Notes: a model not told the origin generated them from the letters alone. Shown: positions 9,681 through 19,315, counted from the first letter of the stretch. The stretch is 64,000 nucleotides of DNA from Candidatus Melainabacteria bacterium (GCA_902168245.1 CABHPA010000026.1:20849-84848); one strand, 5' to 3'. Made by a program: numbers and translations.

Positions 9681-10412
9681 ATGACTCAGGGGAATAACAT
9701 CGATACCGCCCAATGGAACGCATGGCAGCATGACTGCCAGTCCATCGGCGTGAGCGTAACCGAAGCGCAACAGGACTTGTTTGGCCGCTTTTACGAATTG
9801 CTGAGCGAGGCCAACCGCACCACGAACCTCACCCGCATTACGGCGCCGGAAGATTTTTTGTACCGGCACCTGCTGGATTCGCTCACCGTGGCCCCGTTCA
9901 TTCCCGCTGACGCCAGCGTGGCCGATATTGGCAGCGGCGCGGGTATTCCGGCTATTCCGCTGGCCGTTGCGCGGCCCGATATCCAGATTACGGCCGTGGA
10001 ATCCATCGGCAAAAAGTGCAACTTCATTCGCGCCTGCCAGGAGACCCTGAACCTGGCCAATTTAACCGTGCTGAACCTACGCAGCGAGGATATGGGTCGA
10101 CAAACAGGAACACGGGAAAGCTTCGGCATTGTCACTGCCCGCGCCGTGGCCACCCTACCGGCGTTGCTGGAACTCTGCCTGCCGCTGCTGAAAAAAGGCG
10201 GGCTGTTTTTGGCCATGAAGGGGCTGAGCTACGAAGCCGAATTGCAAGCTTCCGCCAATGCTTTAAAAGTACTGGGCGGAAAGTTGCTGGAAGTAAAAAC
10301 CTTTGAGCATTCGCGCCTGAAAGATTCCCGCCTGCTGGTGTTCGAGAAAACTGCCCGCACCCCGGACGCTTACCCGCGCACCGCCGGTTTGCCCTCAAAA
10401 AAGCCGCTCTAG
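9681..10412 (+). CDS. rsmG: 16S rRNA (guanine527-N7)-methyltransferase RsmG/GidB
   Basis: 243 aa with the SAM-binding motif DIGSGAGIPAIPLAV and the N-terminal LTRITAPEDFLYRHLLDS typical of GidB. Confidence 0.8.
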   Translation: MTQGNNIDTAQWNAWQHDCQSIGVSVTEAQQDLFGRFYELLSEANRTTNLTRITAPEDFLYRHLLDSLTVAPFIPADASVADIGSGAGIPAIPLAVARPDIQITAVESIGKKCNFIRACQETLNLANLTVLNLRSEDMGRQTGTRESFGIVTARAVATLPALLELCLPLLKKGGLFLAMKGLSYEAELQASANALKVLGGKLLEVKTFEHSRLKDSRLLVFEKTARTPDAYPRTAGLPSKKPL

Positions 10413-10444
10413 GTCTGCTATTTTAGATTCCCAGAGAGAGCAGA

Positions 10445-12136
10445 TTAAGCCATCCCGATGTTATTGGGGTTCAGGTTTTTGTGAATGCTTTTGGCAATCT
10501 GGCCCTTGCCGTCTTTTTCCATCAAGTCGGCCACGTTGCGCAGAAAGTTCAGCACTTCCGGGTTGCCGGGCAGCGGCCCTTGCTGGCTGGCCGACTTAGC
10601 GTTGGCCAAAGGACTGGCTGGAGGCTGGTGCTTGCGCGTTTTGGCGTTTACTGAGTTTCCGGCGGGTACGCTTTGAAAACTGGGCGTTTTAATCGCTTTT
10701 TGGGCAGCCGGGGCACGATTCATAGGCGCACTAGGAGGCGTGACTTTACCGGCCGGCTTGGGCATTTGTAAGGGACTATTGGCGCGCTGCTGCTGGGCCT
10801 GTTGCTGTAATTCCTGTTGGATGGCCTGGGCGCGCTTGGCCTCTTTCACCATCATTTCATCGGCCACTTGGCGGTTTTTGGACTTGGCCTGAACCTGCTG
10901 GTTTTGCAAGTACTGGTTCACGGCCTGCTTTTTGGCGGGCGGGGTTTGGATGGGTTTTGGCGGCGTACTGGCGGCCTTCTGCATGGCGGCAATCATTTGC
11001 TCCAGCGAATTGGCAGCCTGTTTCCCACCAGAAGGCGCAACCGGACGACTTGCCGCAGGTTGCCGGGGAGGCTGCTGCGTTCTGGGCGCTTCTTCCTGGT
11101 ACGGATCATCCAGATGCAAGGAGCGCAGGCCGATTACGTCCTCGGCATTCGCCCGGCGGTTACCGGATGGTTTGTCCGCCCGCTGGGCATCGTGCTTGCT
11201 ACGGTAGGCGTTGGCCATATCCCTAAAGCTGACCCGCTTGCCCTGCGATTGGTCTTCCAGCAGATCTTCCAGTTCAGGCTCGCCCTGTTTAAGCTGTATG
11301 ATTTTATGCCCCACAAAGCCGCAGATGCCCAGTATCATCAGACCCAACAGACCGTAAGGAAGGAACGTGGTCAGTTTTCCCCCGGCCAACTGCTCAAAAA
11401 AATCGTTACCGGCAGGCGCGGAATCATTGCCTTGCTGAAGCGGCAACGGGGCCACCTCCTGGTTTTCAGCCACGCCAGTGCGGGTAGGCGCGTTTTTGGC
11501 ACTCTTGTTGTCGAGGAAGCCCCCAAAGGCAATAGGGTCATCGGCTTGAGCTTTGTACGACGCGGTATCCACTGCGACCTTCTCGCCCATATCGCCATTA
11601 GCGCCTTGCCAGATGGCGGGCTTGGTGCCGTCTGTTTGCAACTTGCCCAGGGCGGCGTTGGTTTCCCGTTCCAGCCGGTTGCCGTCAAAATCCGGGTTCA
11701 TGTTGCTGTATGCGCCATTGCTGGCGTTGTAAAATGCCACGCTGGGCGTACCCAAGCCTTCGCCGCGAATAATCATGCGGATTTTATGCTCGCTGAGCGG
11801 CTGCATGATGACATGGCTGATATTGCCGCCCGCCCGGTTAAAGTTGGTGTTCACGGTCTCGTCAGTGTTCACCTGGTCAATGTCCAGAATCAGCTTGGTG
11901 TCGGACACCAGCACCTTTTGCACCGGGACGATGCTGCCGGTGTGCATAATAATGTTGGTTTGCCCCCCGGCGGAAACAAAATCCACGCTTTCCAGGTTGT
12001 AGTTATCGGCCCAACTGGGCGTCGCAAACAGGGGCGTTAACGCGATGCCCAAGGCCAGCAGCCAGAAACGACGGGGTTGGCTGGCCGGTAAAGTTCTTGA
12101 AAAATCACGAGTCACTCTCATACCACCACTTTCCAC
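10445..12136 (-). CDS. AMIN-domain membrane protein with Gln/Pro/Ala-rich low-complexity C-terminal half
   Basis: After a signal peptide (LLALGIALTPLFATPSWA) comes an AMIN-like beta domain (VDFVSAGGQTNIIMHTGSIVPVQKVLVSDTKLILDIDQVN). One TM helix follows, then a QQ/PA-rich disordered tail. Start is GTG at 12136 or ATG at 12121. Confidence 0.55.
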   Translation of the reverse strand: MESGGMRVTRDFSRTLPASQPRRFWLLALGIALTPLFATPSWADNYNLESVDFVSAGGQTNIIMHTGSIVPVQKVLVSDTKLILDIDQVNTDETVNTNFNRAGGNISHVIMQPLSEHKIRMIIRGEGLGTPSVAFYNASNGAYSNMNPDFDGNRLERETNAALGKLQTDGTKPAIWQGANGDMGEKVAVDTASYKAQADDPIAFGGFLDNKSAKNAPTRTGVAENQEVAPLPLQQGNDSAPAGNDFFEQLAGGKLTTFLPYGLLGLMILGICGFVGHKIIQLKQGEPELEDLLEDQSQGKRVSFRDMANAYRSKHDAQRADKPSGNRRANAEDVIGLRSLHLDDPYQEEAPRTQQPPRQPAASRPVAPSGGKQAANSLEQMIAAMQKAASTPPKPIQTPPAKKQAVNQYLQNQQVQAKSKNRQVADEMMVKEAKRAQAIQQELQQQAQQQRANSPLQMPKPAGKVTPPSAPMNRAPAAQKAIKTPSFQSVPAGNSVNAKTRKHQPPASPLANAKSASQQGPLPGNPEVLNFLRNVADLMEKDGKGQIAKSIHKNLNPNNIGMA

Positions 12137-12367
12137 TCTCGTTTTTGCTGATCCACACCTGAAACAGACTTATCCTCAAAATAACGTGTTTTCAGGGGTG
12201 CTTCATCAACCATCCGGTTGAGTTGAAAGTGGGGGAGGGGTTTAGGCGAGCTTGACATGGAGGATTACACCTGCCCGTAGCAATCAACGCGCTTTAAAGC
12301 ACTGCAGAGGACTAAACAGGTGTTCTGCGTTTTAAAATACTCGTAAAAAGAGAACTTCAGACAAATT

Positions 12368-12979
12368 TTAATGCTGCCCGGTTAGCACACAAAGCGAAAA
12401 GCGCCCTTGGAGGCTGCCATTTTGCTTCTGGCTGACCAAATCACAGGGATTGTAGCCTTGGGATTTCAACTTGGCGGACAGCGTTTCCAAAGTCTCGTTC
12501 GGCAACGACGGGGTGCGCGACAAAATCCAGGCGTATTTGCGGGACGGGTGACCAATCAGCGTATAGCTGTAGTCCGGCGCAAGGTCGGTAATCCAGTAAT
12601 CGCCACCCGCAAACCAGCGCCAGCCAAACCAGTTTAAAAAGGTCACTTTCAGCTTGGCGTTGGTTTTAGCATCCGTCACCCTGGCCCGGCCTTCGGCGGT
12701 AATAAGCTTGTGGCTGGCAGTGTCGCAACTGTTCACCACTTTCACCAGGCCGTCGGGCAACAGGGTGTATTCGGCGGTAGTATTCGCATGGCAGTTGCGC
12801 TCAAAATACATGGGAATGGCCGCAATTTCGTACCACTTGCCCATGTATCGGTTCAAATCGACTGATGCTACCGTTTTCAAGCCGGTTTTATCGGCCCATC
12901 CGCTCAGAGGGGCTTGAATGCCCAAACCGACCCCAATTACCAATAGCGTCAGCAACACAGCCTGTATTCTAAACTTCAT
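12368..12979 (-). CDS. blc: Bacterial lipocalin (Blc-like outer-membrane lipoprotein)
   Basis: Carries the lipocalin SCR1 motif NRYMGKWYEIA and TDYSYTLIG. A signal peptide is present. The ATG at 12979 has GAGAAAGG upstream. Confidence 0.8.
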   Translation of the reverse strand: MKFRIQAVLLTLLVIGVGLGIQAPLSGWADKTGLKTVASVDLNRYMGKWYEIAAIPMYFERNCHANTTAEYTLLPDGLVKVVNSCDTASHKLITAEGRARVTDAKTNAKLKVTFLNWFGWRWFAGGDYWITDLAPDYSYTLIGHPSRKYAWILSRTPSLPNETLETLSAKLKSQGYNPCDLVSQKQNGSLQGRFSLCVLTGQH

Positions 12980-13237
12980 CCTATCGCCTTTCTCATCGGG
13001 AATGCCTGCCGGTTCACTTCCATGCGCGATACTATCCAAAATGCCCCTGCCCTGCAATGCCACCCCCGTCTAATTTTAGAGGACTATCATTTCCGCCCTC
13101 CCCGGTATTCGCCATACTTTTAAAATAAGACCCGATTTAGCCCAAATTAGTTGTAGCTGAGTCCAAAAAAAAAGATTATACTATGAGCATACTCAATCTA
13201 AATGGGGAAAATGAGGAAGAGGGAAGGAGGACACTCC

Positions 13238-13345
13238 ATGGATGTCTACGTGGCAGCTTTGATTGTGACAGGTTCTTCGGTATTGTGCGGCATGTTCCTG
13301 GTACGGGAAACCGCTCCCGTGCGCACCTCGGACAAATGGCGCTGA
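13238..13345 (+). CDS. Small hydrophobic peptide (35 aa, single predicted TM helix)
   Basis: The ATG at 13238 is preceded by GGAAGGAGG at 7-nt spacing. The peptide is MDVYVAALIVTGSSVLCGMFLVRETAPVRTSDKWR. A strong hairpin about 55 nt downstream follows the stop. No homology could be assessed. Confidence 0.4.
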   Translation: MDVYVAALIVTGSSVLCGMFLVRETAPVRTSDKWR

Positions 13346-13398
13346 TAGCGCCCCTTAAAAAGTTTCATCTCAACTCCTGAACGCCACCTGATGACAGT

Positions 13399-13432
13399 GC
13401 GCCTTCCCTCATGCAGGGAGGCGCACTGTTTG
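13399..13432 (+). terminator. Putative intrinsic terminator (GTGCGCCTTCCCT...AGGGAGGCGCAC hairpin followed by TGTTTGCTTG)
   Basis: GC-rich 12-bp inverted repeat with a short loop, followed by a T-rich tract. It lies downstream of the micro-ORF and upstream of the MBOAT gene. Confidence 0.35.
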
Positions 13433-13585
13433 CTTGTGGAAATTTTTACCCGGCACGGCAATCCACGGCAATTTCCAAATTTCAGCTTTTTTATTTAGAT
13501 TGTTCAAGCTTCCCTGACAGGCTCAGCCGTATTAGGAAGGCAGCCCCTTAACCGTCGCCAACCCCAAAGTCGCCTCTATAATCCT

Positions 13586-15022
13586 ATGCTGTTTAACAGT
13601 CCCATCTATCTTCTGTTTCTCGCCGCCGTCGTCACGCTGTACTGGACGGTTCCCCACCGGCTGCGGATTCCCCTGCTGCTCATCGCCAGCTATGTATTCT
13701 ACATGAGCTGGAGTCCACCGCATGGCTTAATCTACGGGCCGCTCATCCTCGCGGATTCCTTCTACTTTTACTGGCTCAGCCGGGCCATGGTGCGCTGGCC
13801 GCAGTTTAAAAAGCCCCTGCTGATTTTTGGGATCACCACGGAATTGTGCCTGCTGGGTTATTTTAAGTACGCCAACTTTTTTGCCCGCACCGCCGATCAA
13901 TTCTTTAGTCTGCTACATTTACCGGCCCCACACGCGCATTTCGATATTTTTCTGCCGCTGGCCATTTCCTTTACCAACTTTGTGCTGATTAGCTACCTGA
14001 TTGACGTGTACCGGGGCAACGAAAAGCCCCACGGCAGCTTCCTGAAGTTCGCCGCCTACGTGGCCTTTTTCCCGCATTTAATTGCCGGGCCGATTGTGCG
14101 AGCCAGCGAACTGTTGCACCAGTTCGACCAATACCCTCAATTCAACCTCGATCGCTTTGCCCAGGGCATTCACCGGTTTTGCACCGGCTTTTTCCTGAAA
14201 GTGTTCGTGGCCGATTTAATTGCCGTGTACGTGGATATGATTTTCGGCCACCCGGAGTTGCAAGCCTTTAACACCAGTTGGATTGCCGTGTACAGCTTCA
14301 GCATCCAGCTATTTTGCGACTTTTTCGGCTACACGCTGATGGCCCAGGGTTCCGCCCTGTTAATGGGCTATGTGTTGCCGGAGAACTTCAACGCCCCCTA
14401 CTTTGCCCGCAACATGTCGGAATTCTGGACGCGCTGGCATATCTCACTGTCCCGTTGGCTGCGAGATTACTTATACATTCCGCTGGGCGGCAACCGACAG
14501 GGTAAATTCAACACCTACCGCAACCTGTTCCTCACCATGGGCTTAGGCGGCCTGTGGCACGGGGCCAGTTGGAACTTTGTAATTTGGGGCTTACTGAACG
14601 GCTTATTTTTGTGCGTTTACAAAACGGCCAATTACTTCAAAATCAACCGGCTCATCCCGGAGATCGGGGCGATATTCATTACCTTCCATGCCGTTTGTCT
14701 CACCCGTGTGTTCTTTCGTTCTGCCACTTTCGGCGATGCCCTGCAAATGCTGGGCAGCATGGCAAACCCTTTCCACTGGCAGCATATTGACGAACAAATT
14801 GGCAGCGTGGAGCAAGGCGCCAGCTTCCTCACCCCGGAAACAGCCCTGCTAATCGTGGTTTTATTTATGGCCTGCCACTGGCTGATTCGCCATTACCGGG
14901 ACAAACTGACCCATCCCCTTTTGCGGGAAGCGGGCATTGCGGCGGCATATGGAATTTTCCTGTATTTCCTGTTGACGCTGGGCGGTAGTTCTTCCCAGCA
15001 GTTTATTTATTTTCAGTTCTAA
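13586..15022 (+). CDS. MBOAT-family membrane O-acyltransferase (AlgI/DltB-like)
   Basis: 478 aa and multi-pass. Conserved MBOAT regions include the catalytic His context (WHISLSRWLRDYLYIPLGG) and a typical N-terminus (YLLFLAAVVTLYW). Confidence 0.8.
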   Translation: MLFNSPIYLLFLAAVVTLYWTVPHRLRIPLLLIASYVFYMSWSPPHGLIYGPLILADSFYFYWLSRAMVRWPQFKKPLLIFGITTELCLLGYFKYANFFARTADQFFSLLHLPAPHAHFDIFLPLAISFTNFVLISYLIDVYRGNEKPHGSFLKFAAYVAFFPHLIAGPIVRASELLHQFDQYPQFNLDRFAQGIHRFCTGFFLKVFVADLIAVYVDMIFGHPELQAFNTSWIAVYSFSIQLFCDFFGYTLMAQGSALLMGYVLPENFNAPYFARNMSEFWTRWHISLSRWLRDYLYIPLGGNRQGKFNTYRNLFLTMGLGGLWHGASWNFVIWGLLNGLFLCVYKTANYFKINRLIPEIGAIFITFHAVCLTRVFFRSATFGDALQMLGSMANPFHWQHIDEQIGSVEQGASFLTPETALLIVVLFMACHWLIRHYRDKLTHPLLREAGIAAAYGIFLYFLLTLGGSSSQQFIYFQF

Positions 15023-15034
15023 AGGCGTCTGGAC

Positions 15035-16216
15035 ATGTTCAAATCCCTTCAAGCATTGCTCCATCCCTCGTTGCGGCCCATTGTGGCGGGCATTGCCAGC
15101 TTTGCGTTGATGAACCTAGTTTTGACTCTGGGCATTACCTTCTCACCATTAAACAGCAAATTTAACTTTAACTACGGCAACTTTCTGCCCACCAAGCTGG
15201 CCATGCTCAAGGCCCATCAGCCTCAAAAGCTTGATGTACTGTTTATGGGCACCTCCCAAACCAATAACGGCTTTATCACCAGCGAATTCGAGAGGGCCAG
15301 CGGGAAACCACTCAACAGCTTTAACTTAGGGCTGCCCAACAACCGTTACGATATTATGCTGGCCTACCTGCAATACCATCAGCAACGCTTCGGCAAACCC
15401 AGACTTTTACTGGTGGAACTCAGCCCTTCCATTCAGGAAAAAGACGCCTACCTGTATTACCTGCCCGCCCTGTATTACCGCACCCTAATTGAGCAGGCCC
15501 CCAACCTGACCGGCACGTACCTGAAAAATCCCCTGCTGGCGCAAAATGTAAAGCAGGAGCTACTTTTTTCCTCGCTAAGCAGCCTGCGCCAATATCGCTT
15601 TACCTTTTCTCCGGTGAATTTACTGGGCAAGGCCAGCGCAAAGCTGAATTCCCTGTCGAATCTTCACGATGCGGCAGCGAATGCGGAACCCATTTCTGAG
15701 GCTGAAGGTGCTTCCCAATCTCAAGCCGGGCCAGCTATGCCGATTGAGCCGATCATGACCGAAAAAGGCTGGTACCCCAAGGAACAAAGCCCGCACATGA
15801 CCACCCCGGCAGGCATCCGGCTCAGCGTGGCGGAAGCGAAAAGGTATTACATTGTTCAGCAAAAAACCGTGCATTTCGATAAGCTACGGATGTTGCTAGC
15901 ATATTGCAAACAGCAGCGGATTCCGGTGGTTCTGGTATCCTGGCCCAACCATCCGGCGTTTTTAAAAGCGTTTGCCCAATCCCGATTGAATGTCGATTAC
16001 CAGCAGGGCTTGCAGGCGTTACTCAGTCAAACGCATACGCCCGTTATTAACTTAAACCACTCGATTCCGGCCAGCCAAAGCGAAACGAATGGCGGACTAT
16101 TTGCCGACCCGCGCCATTTAACGCCGGAAGGAGCCAAACTATTTTCCGGCATGCTGGCCCACCAACTGGCCCATTTGCCGGAAGGCCGGACTCTAATACA
16201 ATCGTATCCAGACTAA
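15035..16216 (+). CDS. DltD/AlgJ-like accessory protein of MBOAT O-acyltransferase (SGNH-like fold, N-terminal membrane anchor)
   Basis: Begins 13 nt after the MBOAT stop, consistent with an operon. It has an N-terminal TM anchor and an FMGTSQ (GDS-like) motif. A two-gene MBOAT+DltD/PatB-type arrangement is well established. The sequence similarity was judged by eye only. Confidence 0.5.
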   Translation: MFKSLQALLHPSLRPIVAGIASFALMNLVLTLGITFSPLNSKFNFNYGNFLPTKLAMLKAHQPQKLDVLFMGTSQTNNGFITSEFERASGKPLNSFNLGLPNNRYDIMLAYLQYHQQRFGKPRLLLVELSPSIQEKDAYLYYLPALYYRTLIEQAPNLTGTYLKNPLLAQNVKQELLFSSLSSLRQYRFTFSPVNLLGKASAKLNSLSNLHDAAANAEPISEAEGASQSQAGPAMPIEPIMTEKGWYPKEQSPHMTTPAGIRLSVAEAKRYYIVQQKTVHFDKLRMLLAYCKQQRIPVVLVSWPNHPAFLKAFAQSRLNVDYQQGLQALLSQTHTPVINLNHSIPASQSETNGGLFADPRHLTPEGAKLFSGMLAHQLAHLPEGRTLIQSYPD

Positions 16217-16248
16217 TCGATTGATTGTTTGGACAGGAGAGCGCAGCC

Positions 16249-16956
16249 ATGGCAGATAAAATCGCAGTGGTCACGGGCAGCAACAAGGGCATTGGGTTGG
16301 AGCTGGTTCGACAGTTAAGCCGGGCGGGAGTGTTTACATTCCTGACCTCGCGAAACGAGCGCAAAGGACTGGAAGCCCAGGCGGAATTGGCAAAAGAAGG
16401 CATCGAGGCCGGGTTCCTGCATATGGACGTCACCAATTTGCTGAGTATTCATGCCGCCGCCCGACATATTGAGGAACAGCATGGTAAGCTGGACATTCTA
16501 GTGAACAACGCGGGCATTTTGCCGGATGAGGACGCCGAATCCGGCGGGCTGATTATTCCGCCCGACATTGTGCGAAGCGTATTTGAAACCAACACGCTGG
16601 GGCCGCTGCAAGTTTGCCAGGTCATGCTGCCGTTGCTGCGCAAAAGCCATGCGGGGCGAATCATCAACATTTCCAGCGGGATGGGTTCGCTGACGGACAT
16701 GGATGGCGGCTACCCGGCCTATCGCATTTCAAAAACCGCCCTGAACGCCGTCACCCGTATTTTAGCGACAGAACTGGCGGGCAGCGGCATTACGGTCAAT
16801 TCGGTTTGCCCCGGCTGGGTAAAAACGGACATGGGCGGCCCCAGCGCAGCCATTACCACCGACCAAAGCGCCAACGGCATCCTGCCCCTGCTTTTATCCG
16901 AAGCGCCCGGCCCCACCGGCCAGTTCCTGCGGGATGGGAAGCCGGTTCCCTGGTAA
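16249..16956 (+). CDS. Short-chain dehydrogenase/reductase (SDR, carbonyl-reductase-like)
   Basis: Shows TGSNKGIG (the TGxxxGxG cofactor motif), NNAG, and catalytic YxxxK (YRISK). RBS is GGACAGGAGAG. Confidence 0.75.
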   Translation: MADKIAVVTGSNKGIGLELVRQLSRAGVFTFLTSRNERKGLEAQAELAKEGIEAGFLHMDVTNLLSIHAAARHIEEQHGKLDILVNNAGILPDEDAESGGLIIPPDIVRSVFETNTLGPLQVCQVMLPLLRKSHAGRIINISSGMGSLTDMDGGYPAYRISKTALNAVTRILATELAGSGITVNSVCPGWVKTDMGGPSAAITTDQSANGILPLLLSEAPGPTGQFLRDGKPVPW

Positions 16957-17023
16957 ATCAGGGGGTAAGCAATTCAATTAGTTGCCCAATCGCCACAGCT
17001 TCTTGACTCAGGGAAACCGGCTT

Positions 17024-17740
17024 TCAAGCAACCGGCTCCGGCTTACGCAGGTCAAACAGCAGAATTTCGCTTTCCCGGCTCACGCCTTCCAGCGCCAGCC
17101 GTTCATCGGCAATGGCCAGACCATCGCCCGCCTCCAGCATTTGCCCGTTCACCTGCAACACGCCCTGGCTTACCTGGAGCCAGCAAGCCCGGCCGGGAAG
17201 CGGATCAAAGCCCAGCGATTGCTCGGCGACAAGCTGGGCGGCCCACAAATATGCATCCTGATGAACCAGGACGGAACCATCCCGGCCGTCGGGACTGGCG
17301 AACAACTGCCATTGCCCTTTCCGTTCATGAGAGTTAAACGCCCGCTGCTGGTACGAAGGCGAAAGCCCCTTGCGTTGCGGCAGCAGCCAGATCTGCAAAA
17401 AGTGGACAGCCTCCACCTCAGACGGGTTGAACTCACTGTGCCGGATGCCCGTTCCCGCCGTCATGCGCTGGACTTCGCCCGCCTTTAACAGGGAGCCGTT
17501 GCCAAGACTGTCTTTATGGGCCAAGGTTCCCGACAGCACGTAGGTAATAATTTCCATATCCTGATGGGAGTGGGGCGAAAATCCCTTGCCCGGCTGAACC
17601 CGATCGTCGTTAATCACCCGAAGGTCGGCAAAGCCGGTGTAACGCGGGTCGTAATAATCCCCAAACGAAAACGTGTGGTAACTCTCCAGCCAGTCAATGC
17701 GGGTATGTCCCCGCTCGTGCCGTTGCCTCAAGCTAATCAA
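17024..17740 (-). CDS. Pirin-family protein (cupin; quercetin-dioxygenase-like)
   Basis: Carries RGHTRIDWLESYHTFSFGDYYDP and the HSHQDMEIITYVLSG metal-binding motif. TTG start at 17740 with AGGAAGG upstream. Confidence 0.8.
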   Translation of the reverse strand: MISLRQRHERGHTRIDWLESYHTFSFGDYYDPRYTGFADLRVINDDRVQPGKGFSPHSHQDMEIITYVLSGTLAHKDSLGNGSLLKAGEVQRMTAGTGIRHSEFNPSEVEAVHFLQIWLLPQRKGLSPSYQQRAFNSHERKGQWQLFASPDGRDGSVLVHQDAYLWAAQLVAEQSLGFDPLPGRACWLQVSQGVLQVNGQMLEAGDGLAIADERLALEGVSRESEILLFDLRKPEPVA

Positions 17741-18007
17741 CGCAATGCCGCCTTCCTGGGCATATTACAAGCATGCTGTCACAAGTTTGATATGACAAGC
17801 TTCGTTTACAAGCCTGCCCTATCGTTATTTTGCCCGGAAAACGCGGGTAGCACAATGGCATTCACCACACCGGCCAGCCGGTTGCATGTAGAAATAGCAT
17901 GCTCAGCTACTAGCCTTAGTGTTTTTTAGACAGTAAGATGGACGCATCACCTGTAGCGTTCCCTCGCATTTCCCAAGTTTTACCTGTCCCATAGGAGACC
18001 TTCGCCA

Positions 18008-19315
18008 ATGAGCGTTCCGGCAATCACCCCCAAAACACCGCATGTGGTTATTGTAGGAGGCGGCTTTGGCGGATTGTACGCAGCCAAATCGCTGGGCAAC
18101 CAGCCCGTCAAGGTCACCCTGATCGACAAGCGAAACTTCCACCTGTTCCAGCCGCTGCTGTACCAGATTGCCACCGGCAGCCTGTCCCCGGGAGATATCG
18201 CATCCCCGTTGCGCTCGGTATTAAGACATTACAAGAACATTGAAGTGTTAATGGACGAAGTGACCGACATACTACCCGACACCAAGCAGCTTGTCCTTAA
18301 AAACGAAGCGCACCCATTGGATTACGACATTTTAATTATGGCCCCCGGCAGCGTGACCCACTATTTTGGGCATCAGACCTGGGCAGAGCATTCCCAGGGA
18401 CTGAAAACCGTGGAAGAAGCGCTGGATATGCGGCGACAGATTTTTTCCAACTTTGAGCTGGCCGAAAAAGAAACCGACCCGCAAAAGCAGGCCGCTCTGC
18501 TGACATTCGTCATTATCGGCGGCGGCCCTACCGGGGTGGAACTGGCTGGCGCGCTGGCGGAACTCTCCCGGTTCAGCCTGCCGCAGGATTTTCGGCGGGT
18601 TGACTGCGAGCAAGCCAAAATCATTCTGGTGGAAATGGGGCTGCGCATTCTGGCCGCATACCCGGAAGAATTATCCCAAAAAGCCACGGACACCCTGAAA
18701 GAACTGGGCGTTACCATCCGTACCGGCACTTCCGTCACGGAGATTCAGGATCAGGTCGTGACCCTCTCCCACAACAACCACAGCGAAGAAATTCATGCCG
18801 GGACGATTTTATGGGCGGCGGGCGTCAAGGCATCCGGCCTGGGGCAAGTGCTGGCCGAACGGCTGGGCTGCGAGCTGGATCGCGGCGGACGGGTGATGGT
18901 GGGGCCGGATTTATCGCTCGCCAGCCACCCCGAAATCTTCGTAATCGGCGATTTAGCGAACTTTTCCCATACTCCGGATCAAAAACCGCTGCCCGGCGTG
19001 GCCCCGGTCGCCATGCAGGAAGGCCGTTACGTGGCCCGGCTGATTCTGGATAAAACATTGCGCCGTCAAGCAAGCCCGCCATTTAAATACCACAACAAGG
19101 GAAATCTGGCGGTCATCGGCATTAAAGAAGCGGTGGCAGACCTGAACAATTTGCACCTGAACGGTTTTATCGCCTGGCTTATCTGGGCGTTCGTGCATAT
19201 TTGCTACCTGATTGAATTCGACAACAAGCTGATGGTGATGTTCCAGTGGGCCTGGACCATGCTTACCCGCCGCCACGGCGCCAGGCTGATTACCGGAAAA
19301 GGCGCTTACGATTAA
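18008..19315 (+). CDS. ndh: Type II NADH:quinone oxidoreductase (NDH-2)
   Basis: Carries HVVIVGGGFGGLYAAKSL (the first GxGxxG) and a second dinucleotide fold FVIIGGGPTGVELAGAL. RBS is TAGGAGACC. Confidence 0.8.
   Translation: MSVPAITPKTPHVVIVGGGFGGLYAAKSLGNQPVKVTLIDKRNFHLFQPLLYQIATGSLSPGDIASPLRSVLRHYKNIEVLMDEVTDILPDTKQLVLKNEAHPLDYDILIMAPGSVTHYFGHQTWAEHSQGLKTVEEALDMRRQIFSNFELAEKETDPQKQAALLTFVIIGGGPTGVELAGALAELSRFSLPQDFRRVDCEQAKIILVEMGLRILAAYPEELSQKATDTLKELGVTIRTGTSVTEIQDQVVTLSHNNHSEEIHAGTILWAAGVKASGLGQVLAERLGCELDRGGRVMVGPDLSLASHPEIFVIGDLANFSHTPDQKPLPGVAPVAMQEGRYVARLILDKTLRRQASPPFKYHNKGNLAVIGIKEAVADLNNLHLNGFIAWLIWAFVHICYLIEFDNKLMVMFQWAWTMLTRRHGARLITGKGAYD

Noticed and set aside
10817-12040. 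407-aa plus-strand ORF (Gly/Arg/His-rich)
   Set aside because: It runs antisense across the AMIN-domain gene and its composition is typical of a GC-rich shadow frame. The minus strand has the signal peptide and a recognisable domain.
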